64,000 bases of DNA from Felis catus (taxonomy: Eukaryota): contig NC_058383.1 in assembly GCF_018350175.1 (NCBI RefSeq), positions 22,136,001 through 22,200,000 on the forward strand, in the 5' to 3' direction. A program made the position numbers and the translations under genes. Under the pieces are notes generated by a model. The model ran no database searches and was not told the DNA's origin. It saw nothing but the letters and a program-made list of their open reading frames with translations. Shown in pieces: positions 11,135 through 26,402 of this stretch. How positions within the stretch are numbered: position 1 is the stretch's first letter; each line of letters begins with the position of its first letter.

Positions 11135-14100
11135 TTATTTCAAGTCGACCAACAGCTACTCATGATGCGCAAAACACCATGCTTAGTGTTGGGGAAGCAC
11201 AGAAGTGGATATAAACCAGTCCTTGCCCCCCAGTAGCTTCCAATCTGGCAGATAAAGAGAGGTCTACGCGCTTGTGTGTTTTTCTTTTCCTACAGATCCA
11301 ACTGTGCCAAGCATCTCACAAGGACACAATGAGACAGCAGCTCTGAGAAGAGAGAGATCCACAGGAAGCTAAATAAAGAGCAGAGCATCCATAGAGCTAA
11401 TCTTTGTAATTTAAGGGCCCCTTATATTTCATAGTAAGATATATTTTTCACAAAATTATTATTTTTGAAAATAACTCTGAAGATCATGGAGAAAAAAAAA
11501 CTGATGGGGACAATCTGATTTAAGTTCAAGTGCTCTAAGCTCTCCTAGGCTGATTCCTAGCACATGACCCCAAGAGTTCCAGTTGATTCTTTCAATTAAA
11601 AAAATATGTTGCACACCTACTGTGTGACAGGCACTATGCTTGGAGCTACTGTGAATGAGATAAACATCTTGTCCTTATTCAGATTAAATTCCAATATAGG
11701 GGAAAAGACAATTAACAAGTGTTCACATCTATAAGCATGATCATTACAGATTTTGATGGGTGGTGTGAAGAAAATGAAGAGGACAATGAGTTAGTAACTG
11801 GGGAAGGTTTCTGTAAGCAGGATGTCAGGATGTGTCACCTCCATGGAGGTAACGTTTGAGCTTTAACCTAAAGGACATGTGCTATACTCTCATTCTTTTA
11901 TTTCATCTGTGTCGATGAGGAGAGCTTGGTTATTTTGGTAAATGCTTGCACAATCCCAGCACATTGGGTTATTCCAATATCATCACACTTTCCTCTTCCT
12001 TAAACATCTACTCCAATGTCAACACTTGGCATTTCAGTACCAATGAGGAGTCATGATCTGTGGGCAAGTCTTCCTTGATCTCAATAGAGACCACTTTCCT
12101 GAGAGATAAGAGGGTCTACTATACAATTCAGATCTCTACCTTAAGTCATCTTCATTGGGTGGTGGACATCTGTGGTCCCTACCTATTTTAGCATCTTATG
12201 ACAAGATCATCCCAATATTCCTTCGAAGGATCACCCTTCCCTGATTCTCATGCCATAGAAGGTGGTGGTGCTGATCCTAGCTCCTGGCTCCAGGAGTGGT
12301 TATGTGGGCCTGTTCTGGACATATGAAACACCCCACCGTGCTGGTCACAGTGATAGCTTCAGGAATGGCTATGTGATCCAGTATGAGCTAGTCAAAGACA
12401 TTGAGTATCAGCCCCTGGCACTTTGGCTGGTATCGTCAAAAAAGAAATGAACTCTTTTTACTCTGGGATTGCTCAGCTGGTAGAATGTAAGTCTAGAAGT
12501 CCCAGGGGTCACCAGAAAGAGAAGAAAGCTAGTATAGATAAAGAGAAGCCTAGAGGAAAGGTGATACAGTGAACACTCATAACGTCATTTGAGCCCTGGA
12601 TCCATCCGTGTGTAAAGTCAGATCTGCCCCTTGGGCTTTTCAGTTATGTCGGCCAACAAATGTCTCTTTTAAACAAGTTAGTTTGAATTGAGTTGCTGTC
12701 ATCACTTTAGACTAAAAGAATACAGTCAGAAAAAAAAATACATCGGCATCTCCTATCTGTGTCTGTGAGGTCTATGGGGGGGGGGTGCCCACTTGCACCA
12801 CCTGTTCCATGATCTTTGGTACTGTCCATGGTACCACCCATATCCAGGTTTCATACTCATCTACAAGCCACAGTGGTCTCTGAATGTCAGCTTAGAATTT
12901 GTAAAACTGAATTTTGTAGCAACATGCCAAGTCTACATGTGACCTGATTAACAGAGACCCATGACATTCCCCTCAGCTTGACCACATGACCCAAAACAGG
13001 CAGCTGGGGCAACTAGGGAAGTGATAACATCTTCATGTGTTCTAGCAAAGGAGTGGGCCACCCTCAGGTGCCAAGGGCCAACAGGTTGTGCAGCTAGGGG
13101 ACACTCCAGTCATATTCATTGTCACAGAGTAGCATTTTGATAGTCTACTGCATTCTTTTGTTCAATGTAATAATCCTTCATTTCTGTTTCAAAAGGAGGC
13201 TGGAGCAGTTGTTTACATTTTCAGAAATCCACCAATGGAAAAATCATCACACATTCCAGGGATGGTGATCCATAAATAAGACTCTAAGCTTGGAAGGATC
13301 TTTGTCTCCCCTCCATCCAACATCTCCAGCCATGGTCCTCAGAGAGGGAAAGTCTAACATAATTCCTCATCCTCTTTATATAAGGATTGTCCAATTAGCT
13401 GTAGAGCTAAATGAAAGAGGGAAAAAGACTTTTACCACATGAAGGTAGTTTCAATGAAGTTATAAAACCACACATCCTCTGTTGTGTGATTTTTTTAGTT
13501 TTCATTTGATTATCAATTTCAAAAACTCTGACAAGGTTCTTGACTATGAGCAAGCCCACCCCTCCCCCCCCCAAACAAACAAACAAACAAACAAAAAAAC
13601 CCCACAAAAAACCCCCACAAAAAACCCAACTCTGACCACTTCAACCTAGAAGGAATTGTTTAAAAGGTACTGGGAGTTCACAGAATCTCCAAGGAGGCTA
13701 GACAACCAGATGTGGAGGCAAGGCAGCCAGGAATAATGCTGAACTGCAATGCAGAGCTAGTCCAGTGACGATGTCACAGATGCCACCACAGACAAGTCTT
13801 GTTCCATGAGGCCTAATGCTGGACTCTGGGTGCTGTTGCTGAGAACTAGTTCCCCTCATGCCTCTGGAAACTAGATGTGGCTGATTACTATGGCCACTCT
13901 CAATTCTACAGTCTCTGCCTTTCTTGGTCACTACTTTCTGATTCACGGTGTTGTATGAGTGTGACAAGTGTCAAAGCCTAGGTTATGTGTCTGCCCTTGC
14001 TGCAGGAAGACTGTGAAAGTATGTCATTTTCTCTCTGTGGAGTAGGAGCTAGACTCTGTTCCTACACACAAATGAAAGAGATTCAGATGCTGAATTCCTT

Positions 14101-14928
14101 AAAAGAGTGACAAATGTCCCCTAAAAAATATGACTAGTTGAAGAAGAATGGGAGAATGTGTAGTTAGGAGAGACAGCTTTGAGAGTTAGCTGAAGTCTCA
14201 GCACCTGAAATTTAATCTTTGTATTTTATGACCTGAATGGCAAAGGTCCTGGATGCCAGACCCCAAGCCAGGTCCCTACTAGATTGGAAACCTAGCCCTG
14301 GATCTCAACCCAACTGACAGGAAACTCTACTTCCTCTTCTGGTCCCTCCCCTGGAACGGGATTTTCTTCCAATAAAGTTGCAGTCCCACATTTAATCTAC
14401 TCAGCAATCCTGAGCGGCCAGTTCTATTCTAGTCAAGACCCATCCCTCACAAGAGTTAGGTTCTAATGTCAGCACATAAGGTGAAAATCATGTAGAGCCA
14501 ACGATTACCCACAATCCCCCTTTCTTTAGTTAACCACCTGCTGAAGTCACTGGCTTGAATTAGGAGGTCATGCCACAGGGTGGATAACGTGTTCCTTTTA
14601 ACACCAGAGTTCTGTTTGGCACAGGACACTCCCACTATGGCGGTCAAATGGAATCGGGGGCTTCCTAGGTGCCATCTCTTGCACACGTGGTGACACAGTT
14701 TCATTGAGGGCAAGCATTGCCAGAATGAGCACACGATTTACAGTTTAAATTCTTATTTTTCTCTCTCTTCCTATTTCTTCACTGAGCTCACCCATGTGCC
14801 AGGTGAAACCACTCCTTTTCCTGACCTTCATTCTTCCACTATCAGGAATAACTATGGAGAGTAGGGATTCTATGTACTCAGGATGACTGTCCTTTCCGCT
14901 AGCTTCATATCATGACTTCAAGGAGTAA

Positions 14929-14929
<1 letters not shown>

Positions 14930-14971
<42 letters not shown>
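14930..14971. repeat. (AAC)14 microsatellite
   Basis: Read directly. It explains the poly-Cys run in spurious ORF 14910-15131. Confidence 0.95.
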
Positions 14972-14973
<2 letters not shown>

Positions 14974-16202
14974 AAACAACAAAGCCCCTGGACTCTGCAG
15001 GCTTCTGGCAAGATACACACTTTCCATCCCTTCATTCCACCAGTGCCCACAGCCTCCCCTCCACCATCTGCCTTGAGCCCACCAGGGTTCATCTCTTTAT
15101 ACCTTTTTGGTCCTATGTCTTTCAATTGCACCGCGATGCCCAGGACATTCAGGTCACCCTAACCCTCCAGAGCCCGATCCCGTGCTCTCCACAGAATGAC
15201 AGGCACCCCGCTCACCACGTGGCACACACCAGCTCCCACCCTGCTCGACTTTTCTCTACAGCACTTATCGCAACCTGACACACCATATCTCTGGGATTTA
15301 TGGATCTGTCTCCAACCACTACGACAGAAGCTCTACAAAGGCAGGCGGTTTTGCCTGTTTCCTTCCCTGCTGCATCCGGACGATCTAGAAGAGTGTCCAG
15401 CACATAGTAGGCTTTTAATAAGTGCATGTCAAATAAATGAATGACATGGAGTTTCATGGCTCTTCACAATCTTTTCGATAGACTCTTGCCCATGCCAAGT
15501 GCCCTTTGGAAGCCCCGTGCCCCTGCCAGCCTCTCTTGCATAACCAGCCAGCCCAAGCCTGCACTGCTTACGCCACTTGCATCCATGTGGCATCAGGAGA
15601 ATTGTACACACTGGACTCACTGACCAATAGCAGCCTCAGGCTCAGTAGTCTGCCGTGCGTGAAATATAAAACGGTATGACTCACACAGCCATGATCATAC
15701 ACTTGCTCCTCCAAAACCGGGCAAATGCCAAGTCCTGAACTTAATCCTGTCTTTCAGGGCAAGCATTTCAGAGATTCATTTCTAAATTGTAGTTACATAG
15801 CAAAAAAAGAAAAAAAAGTGTTTCATAATAATAGGATCCATCATATCCCGCCAGCTGAGATTCTCTGCTTGCTCCCCCAGATTGGGGGTCCAAAGACAAG
15901 AGAAGGAAGTGCCAGGCCTCCACCGGTGAGCCTCCCCTTCTTAAAGCGAATGGTCTCACATCCGAGGCTCTGAACCGTCACTGGTGGTGGAGTCCACAGA
16001 GATCTTCCCATCACCATCGAGAGATGCCCAAACTTTGCCAGGGCAGTGGGCGATGCTGCCTGGCAGAACACATGCCCAAGTCAGGACTGGAGGATTCCTC
16101 CCCCACCATGGATTCTAATTTTAAAAGCAGTTAAAGAAAGAGGCAGGGAGGGAAGGAGCTGAGGGAGCTGCAAGGATGGAAAGGGTAGCAGTGCTCACTT
16201 AC

Positions 16203-16265
16203 CGGTAAATGATGCCCTTGCTCTGTAAGAAGAACAGACCGATGGCAATTTCGGCAGCGTAAAAT
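16203..16265 (-). CDS. PRKCB: PRKCB coding exon (exon 12), 63 nt; absent from the ORF track
   Basis: Read manually: A TTT TAC GCT GCC GAA ATT GCC ATC GGT CTG TTC TTC TTA CAG AGC AAG GGC ATC ATT TAC CG = (V)FYAAEIAIGLFFLQSKGIIY(R). Acceptor poly-T...ctaatttcag, donor CG|gtaagt. Phase 2/2 fits both neighbours. Confidence 0.97.
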
Positions 16266-16780
16266 CTGAAATTAGAAAAAAAAAAAAAAGCGATGGAGAG
16301 ATTCAAGGACATCGTATGCCTGGCAAACCCTCAGAATTCCATACGATATTGAACCAGGCGTAGGGCATTAACATCTCACCATGGATGGTCAGCCACACGT
16401 CTCCTAAAACGACGTCTGGGAGTGTAGATGTGTGGACAGAGTTTTAGAGAGCCGGGAGGCTGCCTTAAGGACAAATCAGAGGTTCAGCACTTGCTCAGTG
16501 GGGAGGAGGCCCTGGGAGAGGACGGACTGGATGGAGAACGACAATTTCTGTCTACGACAAATCGAGTATCTGAATACTAACCGCTAAACTGTTGAAGGCT
16601 TACTGTCTACCTGCCACCATCTCAGGTTATTATCTGATTAAATTCTAATAACAGTTCTGTGAGGTAGGCCCTACTTTTACCTCCCTCTTCCTGACATGAG
16701 GAAACAGAGGCTTAGTGACAGAAAATAACTTAAGTGATATCACTAATGAATGGCATGACATCTGTCTAAAGCATAAGCTC

Positions 16781-16969
16781 TTTTTTTTTTTAAGTTTATT
16801 TATTTATTTTGAGAGTGAGGTGGGGAGAAGCAGAGAGAGAGGGAAAGAGAGTCCCAAGTAGGCTCCAGGCTGTCAGAGCAGATTCCAATGCGGGGCTCAA
16901 TCCCACGAGCCTGTGAGATCATGACCTGAACCCGAAACCAAGAGTCAGACTAAGCCATCCAGGTAGCCC
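16781..16969 (-). mobile_element. CanSINE (older)
   Basis: Diverged SINEC in reverse, with a degenerate TSD beginning ctaaag. Confidence 0.85.
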
Positions 16970-17607
16970 TAAAGTAAGCACTTAGCAAAGGCTGAGAAGA
17001 AAAGAGATTTTGAGAGAACCAGAAAGTCCAGTTATACCACAGGGTTAGGCAGGGCTTTAGGGAACTATGTTAAGCATTCTGACAATTTGTTTTCTGTGAT
17101 AATGAGCATAGGGTCCGTGCTCAGTTAGGCATTAGAAGCAAAAGAAGAGCCACCCCCCTGGTCCTATGGGAATTATGAGTAGATCTAGAAGCTCAAGAAT
17201 GCAAACCCTACCAGAATACAGTGCTCACAACCTCAGCAGGTGGGAAGAGAGGGGGCAGAGCTGAACTGAACAGGAGCCAGCAAGCCTTGGGAGTGACCAG
17301 ATAGAGCCCTAGATTGAGCCCTCGGGGGCTTTCCAGAGGGACAATAAGATTTTAGCAAACCCCTCAGGAGAGGCTAACTCTGGTCATCCCACAACTTGCT
17401 GTCCCTGTTTACCAACAGCAGGGGAGGAACACGATGAGATCTGTGTTCTCAAAAGATGATTCTGGCTGCCTTGGAACTGACAGGGACAGAATGGACTCAG
17501 CAGGGGAAACACAGTTCCAAAAACCTGAATCAGTCTCCCCACTCAGGAGCCACAGGGCACAGCTACAATCCAACTTGATTCCTCATCCCCCAGGAATAAG
17601 GGCATCT

Positions 17608-17610
<3 letters not shown>

Positions 17611-17690
<80 letters not shown>
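17611..17690. repeat. Compound microsatellite (TG)18(AG)22
   Basis: Read directly. Confidence 0.95.
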
Positions 17691-17692
<2 letters not shown>

Positions 17693-18113
17693 GTAGGACA
17701 AAAATCTGGGTCAGAATGTGGATCTGTCTCACACCAGCTCTGTGATCTTGAGCAAGTTTCTACAAACTCTGGGCCCAGGCACATACTAAGCTCTCAACAA
17801 ATAGTGACAAATGAATAAACAAAACCTACAAGGATACCCCCCGAGGCATCTAGGGGGCCTTTCCCTTAGGAGTCTGGGGCAAAACATCAGCGATAAAGAA
17901 AGAACTGTGGTTCTCAAGCTTTAGGTACTTAGCTGGTATCAGGAAAACAAAAAAGAAAAGGATCCCATATCAAACAGAATACCTTTTTCCCCTGGCCATA
18001 CATTTATCATGAAGCGGTTCAAGATGTTAACAATCCCTATTCAGCTAAAAATCCAAGGGAACTAACGTGCAAGGATCCCACAGGAAAAGAAGCACAGCAC
18101 AAGTTTGTACTTA

Positions 18114-18413
<300 letters not shown>

Positions 18414-18566
18414 TTAATAACTGCAAAGTTCTATTTGTTTGGAAATGGAAATTGTAATTAGCAGATTAATATTGTGACTTAATGGATATTATTATTTAGG
18501 ATAAAAGCTAATTGTAACGAAGAGTGGAAAATAAATCCATGGATCATCTTACAGATAACAGGTAAC

Positions 18567-18818
18567 TGTGGTAACCAGCCTCCAGGGATGGCCCCCTGTG
18601 ATTTTCACCCCCTGGTCCTCACGTCCTTGTGTAGCCTCTTCCCAAAAGGAATAGGACTGACTTGCATAACTGGTAGAGCAGTGTAAAAAATGGGGGCACC
18701 TGGGTGACTCAGTAGGTTAAGTGTCCGACTCTTGATTTTGGTTCAAGTCATGGTCTCACGGCTCGTGAGATTAAGCCCCGCATCAGGCTCTGTGCTGACA
18801 GCATGAAGCTTGCTTGGG

Positions 18819-18868
<50 letters not shown>

Positions 18869-19319
18869 AAAATAATTAAATAAACATTAAAAAAAGAATA
18901 TTGTAAAAATTACAGTGTGTGACTTCCATGACTATGTCACAAAAGATACTATAACTTCCATTTTGCTCTCTCTTGGATCATTTGTTTGGGGAAGTTGGCC
19001 ACCACGTCATGGGAATGCTCAAGCAGCACATGGGAAGGTGTATTTGGCCAAGAACCAAGGCCTCCTGCCAATGGCCAGCACCAACTCCCCAGCCAAGGGA
19101 AGGAACCACCTTGGGAATAAACTCTCCAGCCCCAGTCAAGCCTTCTGATGACTGCAATCCCAGCTGACCACTTGCCTACAACTTTTCATATGAGACCCCA
19201 AAACTAGAACCACCCAAGTTAACCACTCGTGAGTTCCGACCCCAGAAACAGCGAGATAATAAATGTTTATTGTGGTTTTAAGCCATTAAGTATTGAGGTA
19301 TTGTAATAGATAACTAACA
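18567..19319 (+). mobile_element. MaLR solo LTR (MLT1E/F-like) with a nested SINE
   Basis: 5' tgtggtaaccagcctcc...gatggcccc and 3' gagataataaatgtttattg...ttttaagcca...aatagataactaaca, both typical MLT1 termini. Confidence 0.75.
18692..18897 (+). mobile_element. CanSINE nested in MLT1
   Basis: SINEC head, (CT)n tract and A-tail. Confidence 0.9.
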
Positions 19320-19599
19320 TGTGACTACGGAGGGAAACAAATTCTTTGAATTTGAGTGGCCTTGGAGGGCATATCCAGAAGGAGTGCAGGACTGTGAGAC
19401 AAGGAGCCCACAGAGAACTAAGCTGACATACGTGAAGTGCTCTAACACGATGGTGGCCTCATCACAAATGTTTCAGCCACCATCAACAAAATCTTATGGC
19501 TCACAGAAGATTATTTTCTACATAACAGTCATAGATGCCTTTGTCCAATGTGTACTGTCTAATAACTGGAATGATAACTATTATAAAATAAAGCTGCCA

Positions 19600-19811
19600 G
19601 GGCACCTGGGTGGCTCAGTCGGTTGAGCGTCTGACTCTGGCTCAGGTCATGATCTCAGGGTGTAAGAGTTCGAGCCCCGCGTCGGGCTCTGTGCTGACAG
19701 CTCAGAGCCTGGAGCCTGCTTTGAGTTCTGTGGCTCCCTGCTCTCTCTGCTCCTCCCCCACTCGCACACACTCTCTCTCAAAAATGAATAAACATTAAAA
19801 AAATTAAAAAA
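19600..19811 (+). mobile_element. CanSINE
   Basis: SINEC consensus. TSD aaaataaagctgcca. Confidence 0.93.
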
Positions 19812-22800
19812 AAATAAAGCTGCCATCTTGTGAGCATTTATTATGTGACTTAGCCAACTGTCTTTACATATTTTGTCTCACTTATCTCTCTAAACAATCC
19901 AACAGGACAGTATTACCATGCTTCCCCTTTTAAAGATGTTAAAGTTCAAGCCCAGAAAGGGTAAGTAACTTGCTGATTGTCGGTGATTCTGCTGTTCAGC
20001 GGCAGAGCCGGGATTTGAACCCCAGGCAGGTTGGTTCCAAACCTTATCAGGCTGCTACCCGTGTAAGACTCTGACTAGACATTGTATGGATGTGTGCGTG
20101 TGTCCTCCCTTCTAAGAGCTTCCAGTCCAGGAGGGGCGAGAAAGGACCTAGAGATCCAGCCACACAGCAAGACAGAAGCTGACAGGTCACAGGGCAAAAG
20201 TACAGGTTGATCAATTATTTTTGCAAAGTCAAGGGACTTTCTCACACTACTTCACCCCCTCAGCATCTTTACTGAGAGGCAGAGAGGGAGGCAGAGTTAT
20301 CACTTCTGTCTCTCAGTGTCCAAGGCGTATGAGGCTTGCAAAAAAAGGTCATCCACAAGGTAGTGGCAGAGTGGAGATAGTAGTCAGAACCGCCGACACC
20401 CAGCCCCTGGTTCTTTGGGGGTTTTTTTTGATAGAAAACAAGCCTTAAAAATAGCATCTGTCTTTGCTGCACGTTGAAGGGAACCAAAACACTTGCTTTT
20501 AAAAATTATTTTTAAAACTAGCAGATGGCATTGGCCACAGAGAGAAAAGTAAGTAAAGGAGAGATTTCGCTTGCTTGCTTGCAGCTTTGGAAGAACTCAG
20601 CTTGCCCCCCAAACTCATTAGTTAGAATCCCAACATCAGGGAGAGCTCTGCTTGTAGCTAATGCCGTGTTTTGTGGTTTGCTTCTGCCATGAACCGTATG
20701 CGGGAAAATCCTGAGATCCATCATCTTTGAACTGTACTGAGTCTGCCTTGGGCACACCAGTGCTTCGTATATGAGACAGTGTGGCTGGCGTCCTGCCTTC
20801 CCTGTTTTCTGAACGAACACTTAATGATGCCCGCCCTAGGCCAGGCATGATTTTACTACCAGGGAGGCTGCTATGAATAATCCATGGTGCCTGATGTTAA
20901 GGATTCCCCAGATGCGTGAGGAGACCAGGTAAATTTCTAAACGGCACTGTTTCCCAAAATGTGGAGGGAGATAATTTTAGGTGGGCTATGGATGCATAAG
21001 GCTTTACCTTCATAGTTTTGTGTTTATTTTAATGTGTATTTTGGAAAACAGAACTAGCCCTTGAAGCCCCTGATTCTGTGGCTATTATTGCTGAGGGGGA
21101 CAGCGGAGTGCATAGAGTTACAAAGGACGAAGGAGTGAGGCAAGGCTGGGACCAGATTATGATAAATTGCATAAGGCCATCAACTTCAAACTTTGGTTGT
21201 CTCCCACACGAGCTCCAAGATTTTACCACATTTACCCGCCTCATCCGCTAAAATTTACTTAAAGATATTTCCATTAAAATTTACTTCACTTTTTTTACTT
21301 AGACACATTATTTAACAATTTTACAACTTCATACCAAAGTCATAAGTGGAAATTCATTGTCTCTGTAAAAAAACAAAAATGCATAGCTGGAGTCTATCAA
21401 CTCTATGCTGTATCTGGTCTGGCTTTTGCTCTATCGGTCCCTCAACGGACTTATTTTTAAAGCAAATGCAATTTGTCCATGTACCACCAAGTTCATCTGG
21501 CACTCCAAGGTAAGGCACATCCAAATTTGAAAAACACTGCCAGGGGCAACCTCGAGCCAATCTTGAGCAGGGAGGTGAATTTTAGAACGGTTCCTTGAGC
21601 ATTTATTTTTGCAAGTCATGTATTAGGTGTTAAAGGGGTAAACAATGATGAATAGCATATGGGCCTTGCCCTCAGAGAATTCAGAGTCTTGTGAAAACAG
21701 ATATGCAACCAACTCAAGCCAGAATCTAAAATAAAACGTGATAAGAGGAATTGCGTGACAGGCACGAAGAGGGAGCTCCGGGGGCGTCAGCTAACTAAGT
21801 GGTCCTCACCCACTGCCTCCGATTCTTACATAATTATCCCCCCCACCAACATAATGCCCTGAGATCTGACTTTGCTCCCCACTCTTCCAATAAAATCGTT
21901 TCAAGGCCTCGAAAGATCTTTCTTCTGGTCACGTGCAGGGTTCTCCATTAGGACCTCTTCGCTGTACTCTACTCGTGAAAATCAGACAGGTGTTGGGTAT
22001 TGAGTCTCCCCGAATTGTTCAAGTTTCCAGCGAGGACTTGTCACAGCTTAAGACTTCAGCCCTCATCTCTCTGGGCTGATGAGTCTTGACTTATATTTCC
22101 ATCCCCTGTCTTTCTCCTGAGCTCCAGTTCGCTCCAGCTGGCTACAGGACGTTTCTACGTGGGTGTTCCACTGTCGACTCCAATTAAAAGCGCAGAAAGG
22201 CAAGCTCTCCCTTCCCTCTTCAATCTAGACAGCCTGCTCAACTTTCAAAGCGTTTCCCCCAAAACTGTCATTGTTATTGTTGTTATTCTTCATTAACACG
22301 CTGCCCTTGTCCCCCGAGCATGAAACGACTTCAGGTAATTTTAAATTTCCCTTCCCCTTTCTCGCTTGTGTTCAGTCACTGAGGAAATCACACTAAATGT
22401 CTGTCTGTCACACCGCATCATGCAAAATGGTTGGATAGAATGTCTCACATCTGGAGCGGGAGTGTAAGGGTAGTTTGATTTAAAACAATGACTGCAAGGC
22501 ATGCGCCGAATTTATCGGGGTGGGGGAGGGCGGGCATGGCAGAGAATTCAAAGAAATCATCATTCTTTCCCCAAGGCGGCTGAAAGCGGGATGTGATGTG
22601 ACGCCCACGTGACTACTGGGGGGGACACCTGACACTTTTAAGAAGATGCCACAGACAGAGAGGATCCAGAATGTGGGCAACTCTAAGAGCATGCGCCATG
22701 CTTTCAAGTGAGTTTCAGTAAGCATTTGCCTATTGAATGATCTTTAATGGTTTGCGAAGCTGGCCAGTGAATCAATCCTGTCCGTAAGCCATTCCTTTTA

Positions 22801-25800
22801 TTGCTCAGATGCAAGTACTCGTCTCGAGAAGCTGTGCAGTGCCATGGTGGAGAGCCGTACCTGTAGCATGCACTAGTCCTGGGTTCAAGTCTCAATTACA
22901 CCGCTTGCACACTCTGAGGGCTTGCATCCGGTACTAAACCCTCCCTGCCTTCCTAAAGGGGTAATGATAGCTTCTCCTTCAGAGGGTTTTGCAGAGATAT
23001 AGAGATGATGCATGTCACATCCTTGCAGATTCAGTGCCTCCCTCAAGTAGTCATGGACATGTGTCATGCACAACTTTTTCCCCTCTGTATTCTATAGCCT
23101 TAGAATCCTTCTCAGAATCAAGCAATGGATGCTCCTCTAACTTACTTTCCAGCTTTCCAAGCCTTGCCCTTCCACACAGAGAGCAAAGCTCTCAAGGGCT
23201 AGGACCATCTCTACTCTTCCTTGGATTTCTATAGACCTTTGATTACTGAATGAACATGCAAAGGCCACCATTAAGAAGGCAGAGAGAACCAGGCTGTGTC
23301 CCTTCCTACCCATACCCACTTTGTATGCCTGGGCTGCGTTCCTGAGTCCTCTCCTGCACTCACGATCCTCAGATGCTTCAGTTGCCTAAAGCGCCAACAC
23401 GTGCAAAACTCTCACCAGCTTCCCCTCCTCGGAGGCACTCGATGCTGTGTTTGTACCACCAGCGGTAGGTCACGCCTGGCTCCAACCCGTTAGTTTCCTT
23501 GCACTCAAAATGGTGACTCCCACTTGACAGGAGCACTAGTGAACCCTTCCCTGTAGATCCAACCCCTTCTTAAGGGTTCCTACTGAGTTGGTAGCGGCCA
23601 ACTACCAGTGGACTGGGCCAGGAATAAAACTTCTGACCTATGCTGAGCCAATCAGATTCTGTTTCCCAAGAGTACGAATTAGAACCAATCAGATTCTCTT
23701 TCCCATGAGTGTGAATCAGGGAATTCGGCAGATAGGCAACCTGCAAGGAGTTAGAGAGGCTATGCTGCTACCATGATCAGGGAGAAACAAAGAAAACAAG
23801 GACAAAGAAACAGACATCTATTCTAGAAAGCTTTGAAGTTCTGGTTCTTCATGAGGCTCAGGTACATCTTTGCCTTTGGGTTGTTTCCTTCCAATAAGAT
23901 TCTGTCTCTCTCTTTCTCTCTCTCTTTTTTTAATGCAATAGTTTGGAGGAGGAGGTTTTCTGTTTCTGGCAACCCAACTATTGCCTACTGAGACTCTGCC
24001 AGAGTTCCTACAGCAACACCCTTCTATCAAACCATACCCCTGGGCACTCATGCCAACTCTGAGCCGATCCTGAGTTACCAGGACCCCTTGGACGTTCTCG
24101 GTGCTCAAAGGACATGACCTCAGGGGCCAGGTCTACAAGTAGAACCATCCTCACCCCTCTCCCTGTCCCCGCGTGCATTCTGGGGCGATGCCCATCCCAG
24201 CATGCCTTGCAACTGAGTTCTTGCTGGACCACGACAGCAAATTTGGGGAGGAAGTAACTTCTGTCCTTCAATGACTCATAAAATCTAATTCTATTTAAAA
24301 AAAAAAAAGAAGTGCATATGTTCAATTGAAAAGAAAACATTTAAAATAGATGTTTTGCTAAGGAGACTTAACTGCCTGTGCCCACTGGCAGTTGGGAAAT
24401 TGCATGGATGTGCCAGGCTGACAATTGTCCCTGAGAAAAACTGTAAAAGGACCGGAGGAAACATAATCCTTTTGTGCCCATGCAGCAAGGCGCCCCTCAA
24501 ACTCAGCTCCATTAGTGCAGGTAGCCTCCATTTATTATTTATTCTGCACATTGTATATCATCGTCTCAAATCCTCACTTATTACGCTCACTTGAAAGATG
24601 ATGAAACCAATATTCAGAGCTGTTAAGTGACTTTCTAGAGGTCACACAGCCAATAACCACACACACAGACTTATGTGGCTGAGGCGCTCATGCTTATCCC
24701 TCTGTGCTTCTAGAACAATTTGCCTAAACCCCAGTTCATCTAATGAGCAATTTTAAAAACTCAACTTCTTTCTGATGGCTTTTACATCTCCTTGGGTATT
24801 AACTTTGGCCATCTTGTGGCACATTCAACACTTTCAAATTGTTTTATTATAGACATTTCTGAAATAATATAAATTCAAAACAAAGATATTTATCCACGGA
24901 CCCCTCCCTAAATCAAATCAAGGTTTTCATTTGTCTGTGTCTTTTTCGGATTCTTTTCCGTGTGCATATGCAGTTTTAACACGTTTAGAACAATCTCTTA
25001 AATAAAATTTAATACCTTTCATTTTCAGTTAACGTTGTGCCATGCATATTTTTCAGAGATTTTTTTAATCCATTTTTTTTGAGAATATACTTCTGATGTA
25101 ACTTTGCTTTTCCAAATAAGTTTTTTAAATTTAAATTTGCATCATTCTAAGAATGACAAAAGTTGTTTTGCATATTGGTGGGTGTCTTTTTCCCTTTTAT
25201 CTATTTTGGCCACCTTCGGATTTTTTTTTTTAATTCTATTAAGGATCTTTCGTTTTCAAAATTCTAAGTCACTAGCGAGAAAAACACATCAAATTTGCAG
25301 CACGTTAGACTGGATTTGTCATTTTTTCAAAGTAGCTGATTCATAAAGGAATTCTGGGTCACAAAATACAAAATGACAATCCACTCGGGTTACACTGGCC
25401 TCCTCTCTGCTCCTCAAACACGCTGAGTATATTCCCGCCTAGGGCTCTTACACTCACTCTTCCTCCTTGTCTAGAACGCTTTGCCTCCAGATAACCACAT
25501 GCCTCGTTCCCTCACTTGCTCTGGTCTCTGCTCAAACGTCACCCTTATCAGAAAGACTTTTCTTTGATCATCCTATCAAAAATAGCATCCCTCCGACCCA
25601 ATCCCTCCATCTCTTCCCCCGTAATGTTCTGTCGCACTGTTGTTGGTTATCTGTCTCCCCCCTTGGACATAAATTCCACAGGAGCAGGGGACTTTATCCC
25701 TTTTGTCCACTGATGGAGCCCTCACAAGGATGCAGCTGGGTCCCGACACATTTATTTCAACAAATAAATATTTGCTGACAGGATCAATAAGCATTAGTAG

Positions 25801-26402
25801 CCTCTGTATACTGCAGGCATGGTCTGACTTCTAGGGAGGCTGGCTTTAGAGATACTGCCTGCTGCAGCCCAGCCTGCCTCCCCTCCCCTGCAGCACCAAT
25901 CAAGGGGTCAGGGGTGATGCAATTCCAGAAGGTGAGTGTGAGCCAGATGACCGCCTCTATGGGCCTTCCCCAAAAAGGGGGTGTCGCCTTCCTGCTCACC
26001 TGAGACAAGCAACTGATGATGGTTTGCCTCATACATATGCGGTGCTCCCTACATTTGAAAATCTTTCCCACCATAAAACCTTTCCAATCATTGCAGTATC
26101 CTTGTAGGGTGAGCAGGTGACTCTTCCATAGTGGAAGGAACCCCTGAAGGGGCTTTAGGAAACCCGGCTGTCTAACCAGACATTTCGCCTCTCTGAGGGT
26201 TGGTTTCCACCGAAATGTGGACAACACTTGCTTATAGTGTTCTGGTGAAAACTGGATGGAATCATGAGAGGGAAAGTGACTTAGAAACTAGACAAAGGAA
26301 CCTGGGTCAGGATAGCAAGGTTGCGGGTCTGGACTCTTGCAGAACAAATCCCAGTGTCACCATTAACCTACTATGTGAGACTGCACGAGTTACTTAACAT
26401 CT

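Noticed and set aside
14910..15131. ORF with a 14-cysteine run
   Set aside because: Translation of the (AAC)14 microsatellite.
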